IMG/VR virus record: IMGVR_UViG_2534682002_000024
Length of the DNA stretch: 40,622 nt
From: a virus
Taxonomy: Duplodnaviria; Heunggongvirae; Uroviricota; Caudoviricetes
Strand: one strand, 5' to 3'
The notes under the pieces were generated by a model that had not been told where the DNA came from, did no database searches, and saw nothing but the letters and a program-made list of their open reading frames with translations. A program made the translations under genes and the position numbers. Shown in pieces: positions 7,607 through 16,695 of this stretch; within the stretch, counting starts at the first letter, position 1; the number at the start of each line of letters is the position of its first letter.

Positions 7607-8518
7607 TTACACTGAACTTACCGTTCTCCAGGTATTATTAATATAAATCTGAACCGGGCGATAATAGACCCCACCGATATTGTCCGCAGACCGGGAGCCG
7701 GTTTCCTGCACGTTAATACCGGAAAGCATACAACCGGAAGGTGCGCTGTAATTCCATGACATTTCATTGCCTCCGGGTGAATGATAGCTCTGTGCTCCAA
7801 GCTGAACATTCTGTACATACCGGCCATCTGCGGTTGACTGCGTCATTCCTGACGTGATGTTGATATCCAGCGTTCCGTCAAAAGGAACACCATTAATATT
7901 TCTTGGGGTGGCGAGTCTGTTTGCTGCCACGGCGGTTCCAGCCGATGGCAGGGCATCAGCAGCCTTATTTACCGTTTCCCGTAAACCGAGGTTATCGATA
8001 AAGGTTCCTTTGTCCTGGATATCCGCGCCATTCTGGTCCCTGCGCAGGTAACGGTTATCACCTTCGCTCCTGCTGTAAACATCCAGATTATTACGGGCGG
8101 TTTCCGCATTCTCCAGGTCGGCAAGGTTCTGATCCTTCGCCAGGGCATTAACGTCAGCGGGACCAAGACTGTTTTTTGTGGCAAGCGTCCCCAGACCAAG
8201 ATAACCACGGGCCAGACGCTGGGCTTCCGCACCGGCATCAGCAATTTCTTTCAGGTTGTTTTTCCGGGAAAAGGCATTCGCAGCGATAATGGCTTTAATG
8301 GACAGCGTAAGCTGGTTTAACTGCGCCTTATCCGGCTGAATACTGGCTTCAGCCAGAATATTCAGCAGTTCGGCCTGGAGAATATTCAGCCAGTCCTGAC
8401 CAATCCAGCTGATACCTTTTTGTCCGTCACCTTCGGTAAACCAGGTGGTGGTATTACTCTGCGCCGGAGCCAGTTCAGGCATATTCGCCACGCCGGAATT
8501 ATTATCAACATGGAACAT
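7607..8518 (-). CDS. Tail fiber protein S (constant N-terminal part plus currently expressed variable C-terminus)
   Basis: Follows baseplate genes and contains the gix site at about residue 175. Start placed at ATG 8518, which overlaps the upstream stop as TAATG. Confidence 0.75.
   Translation of the reverse strand: MFHVDNNSGVANMPELAPAQSNTTTWFTEGDGQKGISWIGQDWLNILQAELLNILAEASIQPDKAQLNQLTLSIKAIIAANAFSRKNNLKEIADAGAEAQRLARGYLGLGTLATKNSLGPADVNALAKDQNLADLENAETARNNLDVYSRSEGDNRYLRRDQNGADIQDKGTFIDNLGLRETVNKAADALPSAGTAVAANRLATPRNINGVPFDGTLDINITSGMTQSTADGRYVQNVQLGAQSYHSPGGNEMSWNYSAPSGCMLSGINVQETGSRSADNIGGVYYRPVQIYINNTWRTVSSV
7976..8001. repeat. gix-like crossover site inside S
   Basis: CCCGTAAACCGAGGTTATCGATAA closely resembles Mu gix (TTCCTGTAAACCGAGGTTTTGGATAA, from memory) and is inverted relative to the site at 6553-6578. 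Confidence 0.7.
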
Positions 8519-9078
8519 TAAATATTCTCCTCTTTGTGACTGTTTGCATACACGTAAATAAACGTCTGCCATGCAGGCTTATAACGGTTCAGAATACATT
8601 CCAGCGCACCACCCTCATAAATACGCAGCGGGGTGAGAATATCATCCAGCACATTCATATTCCGGTAGCCGGTTTCACTGTTTATCGTGACAATACTGAC
8701 CCACTGTGAATCCGGTGATGGCTGAATATCTATTTCATAACCAAACTCTGCCGCAAACCGGATATAAAATTCACGGTTAAGAGAGGGTTTCATCCGGTAT
8801 TTATTCCCTGCATAACGCTGACGTTCCTGAATGGTTGCGCCGGTCATATCACATTCCGGTAACCCCAGATAACGCTCCCAGTCTTCCAGCAGCAGACGGG
8901 ATGAATCAGGAAAACGTTCTGCCAGCATCTGGTTACCGGTCCAGGAAACACGCTCCGTGGAATGACTGAGGCCCAGGCACAAAGCCGCAAGAACGGATGA
9001 CGGCCGCTTATCCCATGCCAGCCCGTCAGGCAGCAACTGCAACAGGGCGCGCTGATGCGGGGTCAGGGTTACAGCCAT
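8518..9078 (-). CDS. Mu gp48-like tail/baseplate protein (P2 gpI analogue)
   Basis: Position between baseplate J and tail fiber; 186 aa; translationally coupled to neighbours. Confidence 0.6.
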   Translation of the reverse strand: MAVTLTPHQRALLQLLPDGLAWDKRPSSVLAALCLGLSHSTERVSWTGNQMLAERFPDSSRLLLEDWERYLGLPECDMTGATIQERQRYAGNKYRMKPSLNREFYIRFAAEFGYEIDIQPSPDSQWVSIVTINSETGYRNMNVLDDILTPLRIYEGGALECILNRYKPAWQTFIYVYANSHKEENI

Positions 9079-10154
9079 GTGATTTCCCCCACGGTCAGCA
9101 ACTCTGTATCTCCGGCCATCACGGACTTCAGCGGACTGCGAACTTCAAAATCCTCCAGTCCTTTCACCCCTGCAACAGCCCGCCAGAATGATGAAGGCAA
9201 TACAAGTCCACCCGGCCGCGATTCGTTATAAAGCAGGTCCGTTAATGCCTGTTTTACGGCAGCCTGATTTTCCGGCGTTTTGGGTACAATCCTGATCTCA
9301 AACGCCACCGGCTTATTGGTCAGCTTAAACACGCTGATTGTCGGCCCAAGTGGCTGACCAACGGGCTGGCCCGTCGCCGGATCATCATGACTGCGGATAT
9401 AATCCGCCACCCGCTTCACATCACCTTCTCCGGGGAAAATGTCAGGGTTATTATCCTGAACAAAAGTCACACCAACACTACCCGCCTCAGGCCATTCAGG
9501 CTTACACCATGCCCGCGTCACGCCCGGTACTTCCCGTGCCCAGCGTTCAAAATCATACTGTGTTCCCCCTGATGGCGGGTTCTGTACCCGGAATACCAGC
9601 CTGGACAGCAACTCCGGCACCGTTTCCACATCCGCACCACCGGTGAGTCCCGTGCCGGTAACCGTGGCTGTCTGGTTGATGCCCGCCTGTGGCGTGATAA
9701 AGGACAGGCGGGTTCCGGTCGGGGTATTTCCGGCGCGCCCCGCACTTTCCGCCTCCACATTAACATTCAGTGTTCCGGCTTTTCCGGTCGCAGAGCCGGT
9801 GATGCGGTACACAACACCATCGCTTCGCTGAAGGAGTACGCCTTCCGTGATCCCTGCATCCGTGGTCAGCATCAGTTGTACCGGTCCGTCAGCGCGGGAA
9901 GCCGGTTTACGGATGACACCCCAGAATGCGCAGTGTTTCAGGAGTTCGGCTTCATCAGCTTCTGTCGGAATTATCTGCCGGGAGATCCAGGCCAGATGTT
10001 CATGCTCCTGTGCTGACAGACCCGCCAGTGCATACGCAATGGCATTCAGGGTGGTTTCATTCACGCCCGGCTGCGAACCGGGCAGGCGCTGGCTGATATC
10101 CTGTTGTGTCTGTGTGATCAGTTGCGCCAGTGGTAAGGGCTGATAAGGCATCAT
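9069..10154 (-). CDS. Baseplate J-like protein (Mu gp47)
   Basis: 361-aa ORF in the conserved position after the gp46-like gene; size typical of baseplate J family. Confidence 0.7.
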   Translation of the reverse strand: MMPYQPLPLAQLITQTQQDISQRLPGSQPGVNETTLNAIAYALAGLSAQEHEHLAWISRQIIPTEADEAELLKHCAFWGVIRKPASRADGPVQLMLTTDAGITEGVLLQRSDGVVYRITGSATGKAGTLNVNVEAESAGRAGNTPTGTRLSFITPQAGINQTATVTGTGLTGGADVETVPELLSRLVFRVQNPPSGGTQYDFERWAREVPGVTRAWCKPEWPEAGSVGVTFVQDNNPDIFPGEGDVKRVADYIRSHDDPATGQPVGQPLGPTISVFKLTNKPVAFEIRIVPKTPENQAAVKQALTDLLYNESRPGGLVLPSSFWRAVAGVKGLEDFEVRSPLKSVMAGDTELLTVGEITWL

Positions 10155-10588
10155 TCCCCCTTCATATCAGCATAAAAAATCATCGGATGTCTGCTTCCGT
10201 CCGGCAGGGTGATTTTCACGGAAAGCGAAAGGCGATCATGCCCCACACGCATGGCATGACATACCACGGATGTGGCAGCACCGCTTTTATGCAGCCACGC
10301 CAGCGCTTCATCAGCATAGGCCTGTGCACGGCTGACCACGGAGGACAGCGTCTTTTCACGGCTTAACAGCCAGAGACGGGAGCCAATGGGGCGCTCCCGG
10401 AAACTGTCTCCCCACCATCCCCGACGGTCACGGGTGCCGTCAGGGATTTCATCGGAATCCAGCGCCCGCCTGTCCGTAAACAGTGAAATAATGACCGCAG
10501 TCAGCAGGCTGTTATCCGTCAGAAGATCTGCGCCGTTCAGTTGCAGGGAACCACAACCCTGATCCCAGACGACAGCAATATCAGCCAT
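10151..10588 (-). CDS. Mu gp46-like baseplate protein (P2 gpW analogue)
   Basis: Start placed at internal ATG 10588 (MADIAVVWDQG...), overlapping the upstream stop as ATGGCTGA. The track ORF extends further upstream in an overlapping frame. Confidence 0.65.
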   Translation of the reverse strand: MADIAVVWDQGCGSLQLNGADLLTDNSLLTAVIISLFTDRRALDSDEIPDGTRDRRGWWGDSFRERPIGSRLWLLSREKTLSSVVSRAQAYADEALAWLHKSGAATSVVCHAMRVGHDRLSLSVKITLPDGSRHPMIFYADMKGE

Positions 10589-11195
10589 TCTCTGGTCCTC
10601 CCGTTTTGCTGCCTTCACCGTTATCGTGATGCACATGACCTGAATAGGTGATCCCGGCAATAACCGCTTCGGACATCGTGAACGCCCCCTGTGATCTTCC
10701 GGTGCCGTCAATGGACACATTGCCTTTGACATGCAGGTTCTTATCCACTGTGATATTACCGGTAAAGTGAGCCTCCGGTGTATCCACCTGAACACCTTCA
10801 TCGGCGTAAATCTCCAGTGTCTTACAGGTCACAATGATCCGGCCGTTCTTTGTCAGACGTATACGGTGCCCCTCATGGTGATACACGCCGGTATCTCCGG
10901 CGGTAAGTCCGGTCGGGCGACTGCGGCGGTCTTCCACCACAAGCACCACGGCCTGATCCCGTTGTCCGCCAGCACAGGCCAGAAAAACTTCCGCACCAGG
11001 CAGGGGGACGCTGATTTGCCCGTACTGCTGGGGGCGTTCAACGTCATCAAAGGTTTCACCATCCATACCGGTGATTTGCACATTCTGGATTTTCAGCGTG
11101 TCCGTTGTGCCGGTCAGTACACCACGCCCGAACAGCAGACGAACACCCCGCATCACGGGGGCCAGAAGGCGGCTGATGACTTCGTCATTCATCAT
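10581..11195 (-). CDS. Baseplate assembly protein V / central spike (Mu gp45)
   Basis: 204 aa with N-terminal OB-like region and C-terminal beta-helix-like repeats (GNITVDKNLHVKGNVSIDG), typical of gpV. Confidence 0.7.
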   Translation of the reverse strand: MMNDEVISRLLAPVMRGVRLLFGRGVLTGTTDTLKIQNVQITGMDGETFDDVERPQQYGQISVPLPGAEVFLACAGGQRDQAVVLVVEDRRSRPTGLTAGDTGVYHHEGHRIRLTKNGRIIVTCKTLEIYADEGVQVDTPEAHFTGNITVDKNLHVKGNVSIDGTGRSQGAFTMSEAVIAGITYSGHVHHDNGEGSKTGGPENG

Positions 11196-12309
11196 TGAAT
11201 TTAATCCCCTGTTTTTTCATCTGTGCCCGCACGAAGGCGTCCACGTCACCCGCATTTCCGCTTCCGCTGTTTCCCGGCTCTGCCGGAACAATAAAGCCGT
11301 CACGGGGTGCCAGAATCAGACGGGTGGTTTCGCCGTGATTTGCATCCAGCGAAAACTCCACCTGACAGACAAGAAGATCACGCTCTTCCACTCCGGTGCG
11401 GGGAGCCGTGACAGCCGTCAGCAGGTTGATATCCCACAACTGGCCGTTCTCCCGAAACCAGTGCCGCACGGTGGCTGTCAGGCGCACAGAGCGGGCAACC
11501 GCCCGGCGCATTTCCCGGACAGCCCTCTGGCGTGCACCGTCTGCATCAACAGCATGATCCGCCAGCACAATTTTCGGTCTGTAACGGTGGATGGCACTGT
11601 CTGTCACCGTACCAACTGGTGCGGCCAGCGTTCCGGCTGTCAGTGCATCCCCGGCATGACCACCACCACGCCCGTGCCCCCGTACACGGTATTCACTGTG
11701 GCGCAGACGGTGATCCACGTTGTGATCCAAATCCAGCAGATTTTCGCCCAGCGTCAGCGTGTCGCCACGCTGACTGCCGGCCTGAGTGAAAACCAGTTCA
11801 CCGGCGGCATTACTGGTTACCAGGACGCCTCTGTGTCTCGCGGCCCGTGTCAGCGCATCTGCCACGGTTTCTGAATTTTCCAGTGTGAAGGTGGAAAAGG
11901 GCCGGGCTGCCGTTGCATCATTTACCTGCCAGCGCACCGTGACCCCGAACGGAGCACACAAATCTGAAGCAATGTGCTCCAGCGTGCGGTTCCTCCACTG
12001 GCTGCCCGGATGAATGGCTGAACAGTCCACCAGGTCACCGGTTTTATCCCGTCCGCTGAGCGTGATCTGAAAACGCGTGGCGCTGATGCGCTGCCGGACC
12101 TGATCCAGCCAGCCAGTGATCACAGGCTGACCGTCAATGCGCAATTCCAGAGACTGACCGGCACGGACGGATGACGGAAGGCGTACACCGGGCATCATTA
12201 CCCCCAGTTCAAAGGAGCCCGCCAGATGTTCAAGAGAGCGACGAACACTCACCGTCAGCCAGCCGGAAAAAATCTCACCGCCCAGATACAGTTCAACCCT
12301 GCTGCTCAC
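11185..12309 (-). CDS. Mu P-like tail/baseplate hub protein (gp44)
   Basis: 374-aa ORF between the N-like and V-like genes, as in Mu. Confidence 0.65.
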   Translation of the reverse strand: MSSRVELYLGGEIFSGWLTVSVRRSLEHLAGSFELGVMMPGVRLPSSVRAGQSLELRIDGQPVITGWLDQVRQRISATRFQITLSGRDKTGDLVDCSAIHPGSQWRNRTLEHIASDLCAPFGVTVRWQVNDATAARPFSTFTLENSETVADALTRAARHRGVLVTSNAAGELVFTQAGSQRGDTLTLGENLLDLDHNVDHRLRHSEYRVRGHGRGGGHAGDALTAGTLAAPVGTVTDSAIHRYRPKIVLADHAVDADGARQRAVREMRRAVARSVRLTATVRHWFRENGQLWDINLLTAVTAPRTGVEERDLLVCQVEFSLDANHGETTRLILAPRDGFIVPAEPGNSGSGNAGDVDAFVRAQMKKQGIKFNDE

Positions 12310-13663
12310 TAATCACCTCCACTGAATGGCCTCCGGGAATGAACAGCGGATCAACAATACCGTTACGGCGCACAAAACGTTGCCAGCCGGTACTGTTCCC
12401 GGTGGCACGGTACAGGGTCACCAGTGCAGGCTCGGTGGTACGTACAGTCACTACTGTTGCACCGGGTAGCTGAACTCCCCGTGTATTCAGATCCTCTGTC
12501 AGTGCCAGTCTGGCATCACGAAGCGTCAGCGCCGTGGCGGTATACCCCTGCCCGGACAGTGTCATCACCTGCCGTTCGAGCGCTTCGCTTAAGTCACGGT
12601 TAATGCGCTGAAGATCAACTGAACTTTCCAGCCAGACAGGCCAGGTACGGTGGGCTGCGTCACTGTCCGGCAGGGTTTCCTGACTGAGAACCTGATCCAG
12701 CAGTTTTCCCACGGTCTGTGCCTGGGCCACCACGGCAGCACTCTGCATTACCGCCCGTATCAGACGAATATTCTTTTGTGCTGCCGGTGTCAGACCGATG
12801 AGAGTCTGCGGATTATCCTGCTCATCCAGCACGTAACGCAGGGAAGATAATGTCCTGTACAGTTGCGGCATTCCCTGAGAGACGGCGGATGTCGTCCGGC
12901 CGATACTGCCACCGGGCCGGGTATTCAGGCCTCCTGAAGACAGTGACGGCAGCGATGGCAGGGTGATCAGGGCACTGAAAAGCCCCGCAAAAGATGAGGC
13001 CATGCGGGAAGGTGCTGTCAGTAATGCCGTGGCATTCCCTTTCAGCGCCGTGAACGTGGCAGTAAAGGCACTGATATCCTGTACAATCCCCATGCCGGAA
13101 ACGGCATTTTCCAGGGCGGACACCTTATCACTGATGGTTTCGGTCATTGCCTGGACATCGTGCATTCCGTCAGAGATCACCGTCCAGCCCGCTTCCAGGG
13201 TTTCAAAAACCTGCCCGAGCGCGGTGGTACTCTTCTGCTCCAGAATGGCGGCCGTGTCCTGTGTGACAGCAGGTGCGGTATCATCACTTACCGGCGTGAC
13301 ATTAATGGTGAACTCAACCACGCCCTGTTCAGCGGCGTTATAACGACTTTCAAAGCTGTTTATCAGCACATTTAACGTGCCGTAATCCGGGTGAAGCAGC
13401 TCCCCGGCACCGGGAGCACGAAGGGCATCACGCAGACGATTTCGCTGTGTCTGAACATCATCCCCCATCACAAGTACACTGAACGTAAATTCAGTCAGTT
13501 TAGGTCCCAGATCGTCTGCCCCACCGGTTTCCCGTAACGGATATTCCCGACGGACAATGTTTCGCCCACCACGTTCGCGCTGCTCACGCCAGACGAGGAA
13601 CGGCACACCACGGAACGCACCACGACCGTCACCAGAGGCCATAATTCCCTCCGTTCCAGACAT
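12293..13663 (-). CDS. Mu N-like DNA circularization / tail protein (gp43)
   Basis: 456-aa ORF directly after the tape measure gene. Confidence 0.65.
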   Translation of the reverse strand: MSGTEGIMASGDGRGAFRGVPFLVWREQRERGGRNIVRREYPLRETGGADDLGPKLTEFTFSVLVMGDDVQTQRNRLRDALRAPGAGELLHPDYGTLNVLINSFESRYNAAEQGVVEFTINVTPVSDDTAPAVTQDTAAILEQKSTTALGQVFETLEAGWTVISDGMHDVQAMTETISDKVSALENAVSGMGIVQDISAFTATFTALKGNATALLTAPSRMASSFAGLFSALITLPSLPSLSSGGLNTRPGGSIGRTTSAVSQGMPQLYRTLSSLRYVLDEQDNPQTLIGLTPAAQKNIRLIRAVMQSAAVVAQAQTVGKLLDQVLSQETLPDSDAAHRTWPVWLESSVDLQRINRDLSEALERQVMTLSGQGYTATALTLRDARLALTEDLNTRGVQLPGATVVTVRTTEPALVTLYRATGNSTGWQRFVRRNGIVDPLFIPGGHSVEVISEQQG

Positions 13664-15704
13664 TCACATCCAGTCCGTGACCGGACGTGTCATCAATATC
13701 AATACTGCGAGCCTGCCACCCTTCCGGGGCAACCAGCTCCACACGGGCAGAGGCTTTTTGTACCGCCTGTCCACTGCTTTCATCATCACTGCCCCGTAAT
13801 TTCTGCCAGGCTTCAGTCAGCCATCCCCCCAGATAGTTACCGAGATAGCTGCCCACCGTAGAACCAATGGCAATCCCCACAGGTCCGGCTGCCGCCCCCA
13901 GCGCACCACCGGCAATACTGCCTGCAAGAGAGCCGACCGCTTCTCCCTTGTCTGTGGCACTGGCGCTGCCATCCAGCAGAACCGGGGCTGCCATCGCGCC
14001 AGCCCACAGGGCACCTCCACCCAGCCGGCCGGCCAGTCCACCGGCACTGCGGAAAAAGCCGGAGAAACGCCCCAGCCCCATGCGGCTACCGACAGACGAA
14101 AGTAACCCACCGGCGCGCCCCATCATGCGCCCCCAGAACCCTGCCCCACCAGAAGAGGGAGACGGTGGCACTGGGGACGGTGGCAGGGGAGGCGTGACCG
14201 GTCTTCCGCGCCCCGGTCCGCGTTTCCTGCGGCCCCGCCCCTGACGTCCGCCTGAGGATGTATCGGTCGCGCCGGTGCCGGACAGTCCTCCTGTGGGCCA
14301 GTTTGTTACAAGTACTGGCTGAACGGCTGCCGGATTTACCCCGGTAAGAAAGTTTATAAAACGTTGCCCTCGTCCCTGAGATGTGCCTGGTGGTGTTCCG
14401 GCCGGAGGAGAGCGCCGGAAAGGTGAGGTAAGGAAGGCCGCCGCTGATAATCCGTATCCCAGCAATGCAGCACCCGGACGTATAATCCCCGTTCCGACAG
14501 CCCGCGCCATTTTCAGGGCACGGGTGGCGAGATACATGTACAGCAGGTATTTCGCGGCGGTCTGTGCCCCCTGACCAATGCGATCCAGCGCATCACCATA
14601 GCCCGCATCCCGCAGAGCCTGAAGCGTGTCGCGTACCTTTCTGATCGCCTGATAAAACCCTGTCACTGCATCACGGGCATACTCAAAGCCCTGGTTCATG
14701 GCTGATGCCGTACTTTCCGCCAGGGAATGGTAACTGCCATCAGATTTGGCACTGTCAACCCATGAAAGAAATCCCCTGAGATTACCCTTCAGTTTTTCAA
14801 ATGGCCCACTGTCCATCACATCCCGGGCAAACTGATCCCAGACGTCACCCATCATGGCCGTCAGGCCACTCCAGGAATTCATTGCGTCCTTTTGTGCTCC
14901 CCTGGCCTGTTCCGCCAGCGTCTGAAATAACAGGCGAATACTGTCCGGCCCAAGCAGCCCTTTTTCACCAAGTTTTCTGACCACTTTCTGGTCCACACCC
15001 AGACGATCAGCCAGCACGCGGTAGGCATTAATGCCGTAGGTGGCAAGAATATTTGCATCCGCTGCCTGAATACTGCCTCTTGCATACATCTGTTTCAGTT
15101 GCAGGGATGCCCCCTGTGCATCGGACAGTGACCAGCCGCCCACGGCACCCTGATCCTGAAGCATGGTGACAAAATTTCGGGCCTCCCTGTCACTCATACC
15201 AAAGCCCAGACTGGACGTATATTCCTGCATGACGCCAGCCAGCCCCCAGGTGGTTTCCTTCGCATTCTGTATTGCCCACCTGCGGACATCATCAGTTTTC
15301 GCCCGATCCCCTTTGTAAAGGGAGTTCAGGCGAATCATATAGGTTTCCATCTCCGCTGCCGGGCGAATAAATCCCCGGTTAAAGCCATATACAGCAGCAC
15401 CACCGGCCAGCATTCCGTAAAGATTGCTGATCCGCCCGATGGTGCCGGTAATACTGCCCTGAAGACGGTCAAAATCAGAAGTGACATGGCGGATACTGCC
15501 CCGCACCCCGGCCAGCGTGCGCTGCATCCTGCTTCCGAGTACATCTGTTTCCTGCCCGGCACGGCGGGCAGCATTTCCCAGGCCACCCAGCCCCGCCTGG
15601 CCGGAGCGTGAGAATGCCCCCAGCTCCTGTGACCACTGGCGGGATTTGGCTGAGATATTGCCGAGCAAATCAACTATCAGAGATGCTCTGAGATTTCGGG
15701 CCAT
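13629..15704 (-). CDS. Tail tape measure protein
   Basis: 691 aa, long helical N-terminal region, proline-rich then glycine-rich C-terminal tracts; lies after the chaperone pair. Confidence 0.8.
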   Translation of the reverse strand: MARNLRASLIVDLLGNISAKSRQWSQELGAFSRSGQAGLGGLGNAARRAGQETDVLGSRMQRTLAGVRGSIRHVTSDFDRLQGSITGTIGRISNLYGMLAGGAAVYGFNRGFIRPAAEMETYMIRLNSLYKGDRAKTDDVRRWAIQNAKETTWGLAGVMQEYTSSLGFGMSDREARNFVTMLQDQGAVGGWSLSDAQGASLQLKQMYARGSIQAADANILATYGINAYRVLADRLGVDQKVVRKLGEKGLLGPDSIRLLFQTLAEQARGAQKDAMNSWSGLTAMMGDVWDQFARDVMDSGPFEKLKGNLRGFLSWVDSAKSDGSYHSLAESTASAMNQGFEYARDAVTGFYQAIRKVRDTLQALRDAGYGDALDRIGQGAQTAAKYLLYMYLATRALKMARAVGTGIIRPGAALLGYGLSAAAFLTSPFRRSPPAGTPPGTSQGRGQRFINFLTGVNPAAVQPVLVTNWPTGGLSGTGATDTSSGGRQGRGRRKRGPGRGRPVTPPLPPSPVPPSPSSGGAGFWGRMMGRAGGLLSSVGSRMGLGRFSGFFRSAGGLAGRLGGGALWAGAMAAPVLLDGSASATDKGEAVGSLAGSIAGGALGAAAGPVGIAIGSTVGSYLGNYLGGWLTEAWQKLRGSDDESSGQAVQKASARVELVAPEGWQARSIDIDDTSGHGLDVNVWNGGNYGLW

Positions 15705-15706
15705 AC

Positions 15707-15889
15707 TTACTGCTTCGTTCTGATGATTTTTTCTGTCTGTCGGCAGTGCCGGTAAAGTTGCGACAGGGGGAGGTTAAGCGCCCATTCCGGACCGCTTTTT
15801 GTCACCATCCCCAGGATAATTGCCGCTTCTTCAATCTGATCCCGACACTGCGCCTGATCGCCCCCGGTCAGCTGCCAGCTTTCCGGCAA
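15707..15889 (-). CDS. Overlapping downstream ORF of the tail assembly chaperone pair (candidate frameshift extension)
   Basis: 60-codon ORF overlapping the 3' end of the chaperone gene in the +1 (equivalently -2) frame and ending at the tape measure start. A G5 run (minus strand, 15861-15865) lies in the overlap. Confidence 0.45.
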   Translation of the reverse strand: MPESWQLTGGDQAQCRDQIEEAAIILGMVTKSGPEWALNLPLSQLYRHCRQTEKIIRTKQ

Positions 15890-16325
15890 GCGCGGTATCC
15901 AGCAGGCTGACCGCTGCCATCAGGCGGGAGAGATCGCGCTCGCTTAACTGTCCAATCTGACGGGGTGACAACGGACCTTCAATGTCTCCCACTGCGGCAA
16001 TCTGACGGCGCAGCAGTGCAACACCGCGTAACGACGGAGACGCTATCAGCATCGGGCCATTGTTTGTCTCCACCACGCGCTCGGCTTCTGCTTCTGCGTC
16101 AATACTGTCTTTCGCTGTCAGTTCCCGGAACGTGACACGATATTCACGGGTCTCACCAAACGGCAGACCATCAAGCAGATCCACATATCCCTTTGCCAGT
16201 TGCTCTGTCAGCCCGGCAGTGCGTGGATCAGCCCCCTCAAGTGCTTCCCGGATTGCCTCCATCACGGCTGCCTCGGAAACTGCCGTTTTTTTCTTACGTG
16301 TGGTCATTTTATTTTTCCTGATCAC
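15831..16325 (-). CDS. Tail assembly chaperone (Mu gp41-like)
   Basis: 164-aa acidic protein between tail tube and tape measure. Confidence 0.6.
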   Translation of the reverse strand: MIRKNKMTTRKKKTAVSEAAVMEAIREALEGADPRTAGLTEQLAKGYVDLLDGLPFGETREYRVTFRELTAKDSIDAEAEAERVVETNNGPMLIASPSLRGVALLRRQIAAVGDIEGPLSPRQIGQLSERDLSRLMAAVSLLDTALAGKLAADRGRSGAVSGSD

Positions 16326-16687
16326 TGAACACGGGTACTGGTGGCGCTGGCGAACTTCACGGAGATCTCCCCGCCACCGTCAAGCGAGGCCGGTTCACTG
16401 CTCCAGGCCTTCGTCATCATGTGGACTTCGCCGGTATCCGCCACAAACTCGATAGTGACAGCAGTCCAGTTGTTGATTTCATCGGCGGCTGGTGAACCTT
16501 CTCCGCCTGCCGGAAATTTGCAGTCCAGTGTCGCTTCACGTGGTTTCTGGCGGTAACCATAGACTTTCGCGCCTTTCACCACTTCACGTTCAAAACCTGA
16601 CGGAGAAAATGTAGCCCCCTCAAGCGTCTCGTATTCCTGACCGTTCACACGGATAGTGGCCGTGCCCTGATACTGTTTTCCGCTCAT
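16322..16687 (-). CDS. Tail tube protein (Mu M-like)
   Basis: 121 aa, immediately after the sheath gene. Confidence 0.7.
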   Translation of the reverse strand: MSGKQYQGTATIRVNGQEYETLEGATFSPSGFEREVVKGAKVYGYRQKPREATLDCKFPAGGEGSPAADEINNWTAVTIEFVADTGEVHMMTKAWSSEPASLDGGGEISVKFASATSTRVQ

Positions 16688-16695
16688 GCCTTACC

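Larger units (their letters stand above)
6558..7993. other. Gin-invertible tail-fiber segment (about 1.4 kb, G-segment analogue)
   Basis: Bounded by inverted gix-like sites. Contains the C-terminal part of S (minus), an alternative S C-terminal cassette (plus) and one tail fiber assembly gene (plus). Confidence 0.7.

Noticed and set aside
10731-11874. Plus-strand ORFs (155 and 267 aa) antisense to baseplate genes
   Set aside because: They lie entirely inside well-supported minus-strand structural genes and are rich in Arg/His/Pro/Gly, typical of antisense frames in GC-rich DNA.
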